64,000 nt of DNA from Octopus vulgaris (taxonomy: Eukaryota): assembly GCA_951406725.2 (NCBI GenBank), contig OX597830.1, positions 58,652,001 to 58,716,000 on the forward strand. The letters run 5' to 3'. Positions 53,601 to 64,000 of the stretch are shown here, piece after piece. The notes beneath the pieces are model-generated. The model was given only the letters and a program-made list of their open reading frames with translations, ran no database searches and was not told the origin of the DNA. The position numbers and the translations under genes are program-made. The stretch's first letter is position 1; every line of letters starts with the position of its first letter.

Positions 53601-54385
53601 ACGTTCTGTATTACTTGTGAGCAGTAAGTCCGCCGATGTGAAGTGTTGTTATTTCCTTTTTCTATTGAATTGTTTTGAATATTTACTCACACGTTTGTTT
53701 TCAACCTTCCGGTCACTTCAATACGTGGAGTCTTTGTAACCCGGGAGAGTAACTGACATGAGAAATTCTTTTGTTTGATATTCATTCGTAGTCTTGTACA
53801 GGTTTCGCTGGGCGAAATGCAAATGGGAAAAGCAAGCGTGAAAATGAAACAAGGACTGCATAAAATAGAAATTTAAAAAAAAGCCATGAATGTGAGTGTT
53901 TAGGATGTTTTGAAATATCAGAATAACAGGAGAGATTCTGTTAAGAAAGGCCATAACAATGTTTGCGAAAGGAACATCAAATATGCTGAGCTCATAGGTA
54001 TGTTACACAAAGGCTTCATTGACGATCCTGGATTGAGATAGCTGTAGGTAGGTTCTTTCGGGAGACAAGCTTTGTTAATCATATGAAATCGCATATTATA
54101 CGCATTCATACTATCAATGGCTACGAACCTCCATGTCTACAGCATATCAAATGTACAGCACAGGGCAGAGTGCAGAAATAGAAACCGGGACTACAAAAAT
54201 ATCTAAACAGAGACCCATTGATATACCCAGATATTCCTGTGGAAGTGCAGAGTTTGGTTTTGGTTGTCGCGTTTGTTTAAAACGTTGTAAGTCATCACCT
54301 GGTCTTAAAAGAAATCCTCCAAGTATGGCACTGAGCAATAAATAGTAATATAATGTGACCGCTATCGTCTGAAACATCGAAGCAA

Positions 54386-54468
<83 letters not shown>

Positions 54469-56525
54469 GGCACGCACGCACAGAGACACACACACACACA
54501 CACATTGTATAACTGCTGTTTGCAATGTCTTCAGCGAGATCTAGAATGAATACTTTCATATTATTTCTTAACACGTTTGAGCAGGTTCAGACGCTGCAGT
54601 GTGTTTCTTAGGAGGATAAAATCTACCATTTTTGGACAACACATTGTTCAACACACTCGTCTCATTGGCGCACAGCATTCTGGGACACCGGTGTTTTGCC
54701 ATGATGTTCTTCGGCAGCCATATTTTGCGTGAGAACCGACGTGGACGTGTTAAGAATAAATATACATACACACATACATACATGCATACAGACAGACAGA
54801 CAGACACACACACACACACACACACACATATAATATATATAATATATATGTATGTATGTGTACATATATACAAAGGCATTCATTAATCTCGCGAGATCAT
54901 GAATTTGCACCCGGCCAGTTTTTTTACTTCGGTCCTGTCGGCAGAGTACTGTTTGCTAGTATTGCGCTGATGCTGTTTCCCCGCCGACTTTACTTTCTCT
55001 CGTCACAAAACCTCAGCCTCTACTCTCATCTCAAACCCTTCTTCAGTCTCTAACGGGAGCAATCATCTCTAAACCTTTCACGTTCATCGAAAGGGACTCT
55101 ATGTTTCTTTTGCAGGCATCTTTGAAGCAAAAATATATTTGTCTTTGAGTTTTCTTGCCGAAGTTCAGTTCCTTATGCAGCAAATATTTCGGGTGTCTTC
55201 CATTCTGATATCGATGTGCGTGGCCCAGTCATCGGAAGTGATGTTGTTTTAGTAAGATGAAGAGGCTGGGTATTTGCACCCTAGCCAGGAATTCATTGCT
55301 GGTGATTCAACCAGGATCCGTCTCAGGTTTTCGTGGGTACAAAGTGTTGAGTCGCTGCTTTTTCTTGGAGTTGCTGCCCCTGGTCTTTCTGTCATAAAAC
55401 TGTGTGCTGAGGACGCAAGCCTTGTAGTCTGCAACCTTTGTGCCCCACCATAAACTTACTCTTCTCGCAAATTCGTTTTGTCAGTGTGACTAGTGCTGAG
55501 GCTGTTCTTCCAATGATCTTTGAATGAATGCTTGAGCCACAAGCGTTTTATTGTCTTCAGTGATAACACTGACCGGTGGACCACTTTTCTCTGCATTGCA
55601 GATGGACCCAGTCTGTTCAAATTTGTAGCGTATCTTGTTAACTGTTAATCTTGAGCTGGTCTTTGAAATTCTTCGGTTCATTTCTGTCGTACCATTTCTG
55701 CATTCTCCAGTACTGCTTGATGATCCACTTTCGCCCATCGTTTCCAGCCATTTAATAAAGTTCTGAAACGAGGAATAATTATTTTATTATAGAAAGAATT
55801 ACTTAAAAAGAACATAGAATCATAGATTTGTTATCCTAAAAAGAAGTAGAGAAATGAAAAGAATATTCCACTCATATTAAGCAACGGTATACCTTCTTTT
55901 GTCCACTGCTGTACACGCATACTTATGTAGTAATATTCTATGTTTGTATCGTAATATTTAGGAAGGAGTAGTTTATGAGCAAATAATATAGTTTAAGTTG
56001 AAAGAACTTCTACGTTTTTAATTGCTTCCTGTATAAGGTAAGCTGGTGTATGGTGTGATAATTTTCAGTGTGACTAGTGCTGAGGCTGTTCTTCCGCTAC
56101 TTCAGCTGATCTCAAGATTCGCGGGAGGGAGAGAGAGAGGAAGAGAGAGGAGAGAGAGAGAGAATCCTCAATGAAGGTGCCGATGTATGTGGAATGATGA
56201 ACTTCGTCCAGCTCGCTGCTTCTCCTCCCTGTGTGTTGGCAGCATCATATTATCTGCATACTGCGTACTCTCCGATGAGAGCTTTACGTACTTTAATTTT
56301 CGTTTTCAGTCTCCCGTTTGATATTATGTGAAGGTAAACATCGTCAGTTAGCACGACAGAGAAAAGATGTCCAACAGGACATTGCTGGGTACAGAGTCTT
56401 CTTTCACTCCTCTACGAACGTTGAAGGATGCACACGTAACAAACGCTCGCACAACACGAGCACCACTCTCTGAGTCTTCCTGTTTACTACCCGGTGAGAA
56501 ACCGAAGTGAGATTATTTACCCTTA

Positions 56526-56751
56526 GGCGGGGGTGCTGAAGGATTCTTGGCTTTATGTGTATCATTGCAGGGACCAGGCTGGAGACGCAACCTTCCGAGT
56601 TCTCTGACAGGGCTTAGAAAAACTGAAGGGCCGCCGAGAAAAACTGAAGGGCCGCTGCAATAAGTGTGTGAATTTGAACGAAATCATAATTAATTGATCT
56701 TCTTGTATTTTTTCTTTCACTCAAGGCCCAGAACTTTTCAGCACCCTGTCG
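56526..56751 (+). mobile_element. mariner-derived MITE
   Basis: TA-flanked imperfect TIRs gggtgctgaaggattcttggc / gcccagaacttttcagcaccc; internal KLKGRCNKCVNL transposase tail with a ~20-bp tandem duplication. Confidence 0.6.
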
Positions 56752-57099
56752 TAAGTGAAACCACTGGTTTTAAATCATTGTCCCCTTCCTATAAGGACAC
56801 TGTAACAACAACTTTGGGGTTCTCAGATCCGGTGGTTTTACTGCGCACCCTCACACCAACCAAGAGTATTTCCGTATCGCCGTGCTTAGGTGGAATGTTA
56901 TCACATATGCTTGTGAACCGATAACTGGGAGCCTGACGGGCCCTGCAACTCCGAGTCAGAGTAGAACGGGGAATAGTCGAGCCTGTGAGGCGGTGGTTCC
57001 ACACTCGTCAACACTCCCGAACCAGAGTCCTGCTACGCGACTCGGTTTGAAGTCATACCCAGGAGGAAACACACAGACACAGACACACACGCACGCACG

Positions 57100-57154
<55 letters not shown>

Positions 57155-57751
57155 ATTAGATACAAACATGTAAGGGAATATATATGTATATTAACAAACT
57201 GATTGACTTCATAACACGTTACTAACATACATACACACATACGCACGCATAAATGAACATAGACAGCGAACATCTAGTGATACACACACACATACACGAT
57301 CATACGTACAGTGAAATGGGCTGTGAATATCCATACCTATAAATACATATATAGTCACATTAGTATTCGATAAGCTTTTACTTATATATACATGCACACT
57401 TCTGCACCAATAAAATAACTCAACAAGGATCTATAAACACACACACACACACACACACATGCATAAACGATGACTCGTATTCAATGACCTTATGCCGACA
57501 CACATACACACATACGTACACATAAATTAACTTAAGCAGTAAACATACGTATAGACACATACGAGCACACATAGTCACACGAACATACATTCAAACAGAC
57601 ACCAAAATGGACCATGGACATGTTTTCACTTTTATTCTATTATTTTTATTATTTTTATTTTTTATTCTTTTATTAATAATATATTTCATTATTTTCATTA
57701 TCTATTACTAATCTTTATTCTTATCCTTTAACTTTATTCTTATATAATTTA

Positions 57752-57826
<75 letters not shown>

Positions 57827-58057
57827 TACTACTATTATTATTCAGTAGTCCTATTTCTATTACCGAGCGCAGCTCTGTGTGCCTTGGGGTATGTATTGTG
57901 GTTTGTTGTGATGCTCTAATGGTTACTGTTGTGAAAGTGTTTCACGTAGGATGTGTGCAAGGTCGAGTAGTGCTCTTTTCTGTATGTCATAAATATTTGT
58001 TAGTCCTGATATTTTTGTTATGTATTATTAAAACAAAAAATTAATGCAAGCGCGCGT

Positions 58058-58128
<71 letters not shown>

Positions 58129-58496
58129 AAACACGTTTTCATTTACTTAGTCCGTCGGAGTATTTCAACTGATCAAAATATAAACACTGTGATGTCCATC
58201 TTGCCCTGAAGATCTGTCTCTTTCAATATGTTTTGTAATTGAAATTGGGTTCGAAGTGAAACAATTGTAGACAACGTTAAATAATTACTAAATTAATCTA
58301 TATCCATTGAATTTCTCCATTTTCAAACTTATTAAATATTTGATGTTTTATAATATATTTATTGAAGAAAATATCCCTTCAAAATATAGTATATTAAAAC
58401 AGGGTATCTTGGATAACACAATCCGTATAAGAAGTTTAAATATCCTCATAGTGAATATATATACATACATACATACATGTATATATATGTATGTGC

Positions 58497-58560
<64 letters not shown>

Positions 58561-58749
58561 ACACACATGTATATATTATATATAATTGCTATTATGCAAA
58601 AGTGTCGTATGTCCAATACGGCTATTGCAAGCAAAAATAAATATTGGAAAAAAAAAAAAAACGCATTTGGCCAAATTTGGACATACAACAGTTTAACATA
58701 ATAGCAACGATATAATATATATATATATGTATGTGTGTGTGTGTGTATG

Positions 58750-58795
<46 letters not shown>

Positions 58796-59019
58796 GAGAG
58801 AGCAGTCCAATTCGTTTCTTTACCAAAAACAATAGCGAAAGGAGACGCAAAAACACCGACTGCGGTGCTCCAGCTTGGTCCCAGTCCCTATTTGGAACCT
58901 GTTAAAGAATATATATATAATATCTATAACTATCTATGTTTACCTTTCAGTCTCTCTCTCTCTTTTTTCTTTCTTTGTCTCTGTCAGTCTGTCTTTGCCT
59001 ATCTATCTATCCATCCATC

Positions 59020-59112
<93 letters not shown>

Positions 59113-59135
59113 CTCTCTCTCTCTCTATCTATCTA

Positions 59136-59185
<50 letters not shown>

Positions 59186-59186
59186 G

Positions 59187-59254
<68 letters not shown>

Positions 59255-59874
59255 GTGCACTCATAAACATACACACGACATACACATCTAGTGATGAGAG
59301 TCTTGAGGTCTTGACACCATAGTAGAGATTAATATATTATTTTCGTCGAGTTAGTCTGTTACTGTTCTGAGTTTTGCTTGTCGGTGCAAAGAATCTTCAT
59401 GCAGGTTACGACGAGGAAATGATAGAATTGGCACCCCGCCCACACACAAGATTCCTATCGGAGGGTATGATGGTACAGGAGAAGTGTGATAAAGTGGTTC
59501 GAAGAGGGGAAGCAAAAAGAAGAAAAAAACAAAGAATATTGGTTTCAAATTTTAGCACAAGGCCAGCAATTTCGAGGGGTAGGGGAGTAAGTGAATTACG
59601 TGGACTCCAGTGTTTAACTGGTACTTATTTTATCGACTCTCGGAAGCGGCATTTGATCTCAGAAAGTAAAACGGACGAAATGCCGCTGAGCAATTTGTCC
59701 GGTATGCTAACGATTCAGGCAGCTCGCCACCCCCGGTGGAATAAATAATTTGAAAAAATATGCAAGTCATCACAAAAAAGGAAATGGGTCAAGGATTAGC
59801 ACATAAATATTGATCGAGAAAAACAGACTCTAGTATACACACACACATTCACACAACCCCCCCCCCACACACCT

Positions 59875-61479
59875 CTGTCTTCTTTGGCCTCTACAGAGTT
59901 GACGCCCTTGCTATTTCTAGAGGTGCCAACGGGCTTAGGGTGTACCCGATAACACCCTTAGCTCTATGAAGCTGAAAATCACTATCGAGACAAATCTCAC
60001 CACTGCGGACTTCTTAGACGTCACGCTCGACTTGGGCTCCGGTACATACAGGCCCCACCGCAAGCCAAATGAGAGGTTGACATACTACATCAACACAGCC
60101 TCCTGCCACCCACCCACCCATCGTGTTCAAAAACCTGATGAAAGGTGACAGCAAGGGGATCATGAACCTTTCCTCTAGCTAAGACAATTTTGACACGGCA
60201 GCCCCCTAATATAACGAAACACTAGCTGGTAGCGGGTTTAGGGACCGCATCTCTAGCACCGCAGAAATATCATTTGGTTTTTCCCTCCCCCTTCTCCCGC
60301 AACATTGAAACGTGTGTAGGTAGGATCTTCTTTAGGCTTGTAGATAAACACTTCACACGTTCACGTAGGTTCGGACGCATTTTCAACAGGTCTCTTTTAA
60401 CTGCACCCCCAATTTTAAGAACATTCTAGTTAACGCCCCTACGCCACGAGCAGAGGAGGGATGCTCATGCAAGGACTACAACACATGCCAACCAGGAGGC
60501 AAATGCGAAACTAAAAGAGTCGTCTATGAGGCTGACGTGGTAGTAAACCCTAGTAGCAGCAGAAACAGGAGCAGCTTCCCCAATGACTACTACCGTAGCA
60601 GGAATGACAGTACCAATAGCGACAGCGGCAACCCGAACAGAAACAGCTGTAGCATCATCGCTAGCAACAACAATAACAACAACGGTAGCATCTCGAGCAG
60701 AAATAGCAGCACCACAATCGCCAATGATATCAATAACAACCGCGACGGTATCTCCCACCACGATAGCACCGATAACTGCTCCAACAACACCGTCGACGAT
60801 GGCCATAGCATCATCAACAGTAGCGCCGCCATCGATCATGTTCCCTACGCCAGTATTGATGGCACCGACGCCAGCACAACACCAGCTTTAAGGACGCCAA
60901 CATCAACAGCAGTGACACCACCAGCAGCGACACCAACACTAGTTAACATCATCATCACCAACATCCACACACGGAGATATATCAGATGTTCCAGTAACTC
61001 GTTCAAGCAGCGCCTTTCCAACCACAGATCCTCTTTCAGGATCGCGGAAAGGAGATACATTACGTCCTTAGCCAACCATGTTTGGTGGCTGAAAGACGAC
61101 AGAATTCCACGCGTAATATCGTGGAAGATCCAAGAAAATTCAGGCAGTCCCTACATAAATGGGACCAAGCATTGTAAACTGTGCGTAGCCCAACGGACGA
61201 AGATATTAAAAAACTCCCTTGACCTGGGGAACATTCTTAACTCCAGGACGAAAGTCTTCGGACCCTGCTTGCACTTCAGGAAATTCCTGTTGACGTCCTG
61301 GGATCCATACGATTACAGGATCAATTGTGAGTAGCGATCAAAGGGAGACAATCCACTGTTGTTGACATCGTAGGCTCGAAACGTAAAATACTTTTTCGCT
61401 TCCCGAGCGTTAATCTAATACACCTGTTTGTTGTTTACACACCTGTCTTCGTCTATTGTTTTTTCTTGTAAATTCCAAC

Positions 61480-61480
<1 letters not shown>
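59875..61480 (+). mobile_element. Penelope-like element (RT C-terminus, GIY-YIG, terminal repeat)
   Basis: LKITIETNLTTADFLDVTLDL...YRPHRKPN...YINTASCHPP; VVYEADV...RYIRCSSNSFKQRLSNHRSSF...SLANHVWWLK...CKLC...ILNSR; terminal repeat 61365-61480 runs into (TA)n. Confidence 0.9.
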
Positions 61481-61511
<31 letters not shown>

Positions 61512-61519
61512 TTTGTGTC

Positions 61520-61555
<36 letters not shown>

Positions 61556-62191
61556 TGTCATCCACCGCCACCACGACTTGACAACCGGGGTCGATTTGTT
61601 CGACTAAAGGCGGTGCTCCTGCATGGCCGCAGTCAAATGACTGAAACAAGTAAAAAAATAAAAGAATACTCCTCAACACTGGTTAGCGCTGATGCTGCTG
61701 TCTTTATTCTGATCAGGCGATCTGCGAGCGCAACCCAGTCACTGATATTTACTGCTCTAAGATAAAGCTATGACTTGAGAATCTGCCCATTTCGGTAGTA
61801 TCTCCGACCGAGGGAAGCTAAGGGGATAGAGACGCGTCTGGGGGTCCGTATGGGGTGAAGACAGACACTAAACAGGTATGAGGCTTTTACACCTTTAGAA
61901 GCAAAACTATGTCACAGACATTTTTTTCTAGTCTAGGCACAAGGCCCGAAACTTTGGGGGAGGGGGCCAGTCGATTACATCGACCCCAGTGCGCAACTGG
62001 TACTTCATTTATCGACTCCGAAAGGATGAAGGGCAAAGTCGACTTTGGAATTTAAACTTAGAACTTAAAGACAGACGAAACACCGCTAAGCATTTCACCC
62101 GGCGTGCTAACCATTCTGCCAGCTTGCCGCCTTATGTCACGAAGATCGTTCATTTCTTATCACTGCTTAGCGATGTGTGCGTGTGTGTGTG

Positions 62192-62265
<74 letters not shown>

Positions 62266-62284
62266 CATAGAGAGAGAGAGAGAT

Positions 62285-62565
62285 ATGGCCCAGTGGTTAG
62301 GGCAGCGGATTCGCGGTTTCGATTCCCAGACCGGGCGTTGTGAGTGTTTATTGAGCGAAAACGCCTAAACCTCCACGAGGCTCTGGCAGGGGGGGGGGGG
62401 GGCGATCCCTGCTGTACTCTTTCGCCACAACTTTCTCTCACTCTTTCATCTGTTGGCCTGCTCGCTTAGCCAGCGGGGTGGCGTGATTTGAAGGCTAAAA
62501 CAATGCAAAGCGCATTGTGACCAGCGATGTGTAGCAACATCTGATAGCCTGGTCGGTCACGTGAT

Positions 62566-62572
<7 letters not shown>
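62285..62572 (+). mobile_element. tRNA-derived SINE, further family
   Basis: A-box tggcccagtggtt, B-box ggtttcgattccc, unrelated body ending cacgtgatcacgtgat plus (TA)n. Confidence 0.75.
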
Positions 62573-62614
<42 letters not shown>

Positions 62615-62756
62615 CACATACACATGAATTCATTTTGTAAGATCCTGATATGAAACCGTGTGTTGAAACGGATATCGTTGTATTTCGGGCTGGTCATTTT
62701 TTTTCTTAGAAGAACAGAATGGAGCAAATGGAACAAGAATACGCACAAAAACGGAA

Positions 62757-62802
62757 AGTGTCGCTGAAGAGGTCACAGATGCATGACGAAAGATTTCCGG
62801 GC
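62757..62802 (+). ncRNA. Minimal type-I hammerhead ribozyme, same family as 34218-34261
   Basis: gtcg CTGAAGA g gtca-cagatgca-tgac GAAA gatt TC cggg: intact CUGANGA and GAAA core, UUC triplet. Confidence 0.72.
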
Positions 62803-63060
62803 AATGGACATGAATTAAAATAAAATAAAAAATTAAGAACAGCAATACACGAGTGAAGAAAAAGATATATAGCGCGTGTGTTTATTTGGGGGGAATGGCC
62901 GTCCCGATATATATGTTTGTCTTTATATTCAGTTATAATAATAAAAAAAATTATATTAATCTAATGAGTTACTTTATACTTTTGTAGAGTACGAATTCAT
63001 CATTCTTAAACAAGATCATTGATAGTGACTTCGAAGTTTCGGACAGTAAAGCCACCGTTG

Positions 63061-63107
63061 GACTGTCCGATGATGGTTTAACTGGCCGAAACTTCGAAGT
63101 CACCGTC
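63061..63107 (+). ncRNA. Type-I hammerhead motif with palindromic helix III, inside an inverted repeat
   Basis: gactgt CCGATGA t ggtt-taact-ggcc GAAA cttcgaag TC accgtc: GUC triplet, helix I pairs 5 of 6. Antisense partial copy at ~63020-63060. Confidence 0.72.
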
Positions 63108-63175
63108 AATAATATTCTTGTTTAAGAACAATAAGTAAAAGCGCGCATACACATATATATGCATCTATACATATT

Positions 63176-63207
<32 letters not shown>

Positions 63208-63386
63208 TGTATGTATGTATGTATGTATGTATGTGTGTGTGTAAGAAATATCAAAGTTTACGTTTAGGTTGATCTCTAGCTGCACTTCCTTTCTTTCATT
63301 TGGGAGAAAGAAAATGGAGCGAAGGATGCTTTTACTCATATTTTCTTTTGTAAGATCATATTTTGTTTAGCGGAAGTAGAGTAAAC

Positions 63387-63840
63387 GGCGGCGAACTGGC
63401 AGAGTGGTTAGCAGGCCGGGCGAAATGCGTAGCAGTATTTCGTCTGCCGTTACGTTCTGAGCTCAAATTCCGCCGAGGTCGACTTTGCCTTTCATCCTTT
63501 CGGGGTCGATTAAATAAATACCAGTTACGCATTGGGGTCGATACAATCGACTTAATCCGTTTGTCTGTCCTTGTTTATCCCCTCTGTGTTTAGCCCCCCT
63601 ATGGGCAATAAAGAAATATAATTCTTTACTACCCACAAGGGGCTAAACACAGAGGGGATAAACAAGGACAGACAAGCGGATTAAGTCGATTACCAGTGCG
63701 TAACTGGTACTTAATTTATCGATCCCGAAAGGATGAAAGGCAAAGTCGGCCTCGGCGGAATTTGAACCCAGAACGTAACGGCAGACGAAATACTGCTACG
63801 CATTTCGCCCGGCGTGCTAACCACTCTGCCAGTTCGCCGC
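63387..63840. mobile_element. Tail-to-tail inverted pair of family B SINEs
   Basis: 63387-63619 (+) immediately followed by 63621-63840 (-). Confidence 0.92.
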
Positions 63841-64000
63841 AGAGTATGCGAATGGATGTTCTATCGTGTCTTATCGATCGTGAGTTGAGACGAGCAGTGG
63901 AAGTTGTAGGAAGTTTCTGAACAGAACATGTTCTTTTGCATTGCTACATATTACTGATCTGTCGGGAATATGTATCAAGAAATGTTATAGAAACTAAACT

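Noticed and set aside
61717-61875. Candidate downstream exon (AG...CAG|GTATGA; AICERNPVTDIYCSKIKL*) for the secreted protein
   Set aside because: All three frames contain stops before the donor; linkage to 41638 is unsupported.

Overview
AT-rich, repeat-saturated animal genomic DNA, not prokaryotic. The tRNA-derived SINE families, dense (TA)n/(AAT)n/(TACA)n microsatellites and transposon mix suggest a coleoid cephalopod, probably Octopus (inference from recognition; no search was run). No intact multi-exon gene is visible. The only host-gene candidate is one exon at 41386-41638 encoding a signal peptide and the start of a Cys-containing secreted protein. The rest is mobile DNA: mariner, Tc1 (IR-DR, DD34E), maT/rosa-like, Merlin, piggyBac- and Helitron-like DNA elements; R4/Dong, HERO-like, RTE and Penelope-like (PLE) retroelement pieces; and several SINE families. 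The most interesting signals are: (1) about a dozen minimal type-I hammerhead ribozyme motifs, in varying states of decay, at PLE-type termini and fold-back palindromes, mostly with a palindromic helix III and often an extra nucleotide after A9; (2) a 2.07-kb ORF1-only (HAL1-like) L1/Tx1 element with a 9-bp TSD inserted in a SINE head; (3) a PLE GIY-YIG domain split by an in-frame ~140-codon low-complexity insert; (4) a 4.87-kb tandem duplication whose junctions suggest a two-step origin. Most ORFs in the supplied track are microsatellite or SINE read-throughs.
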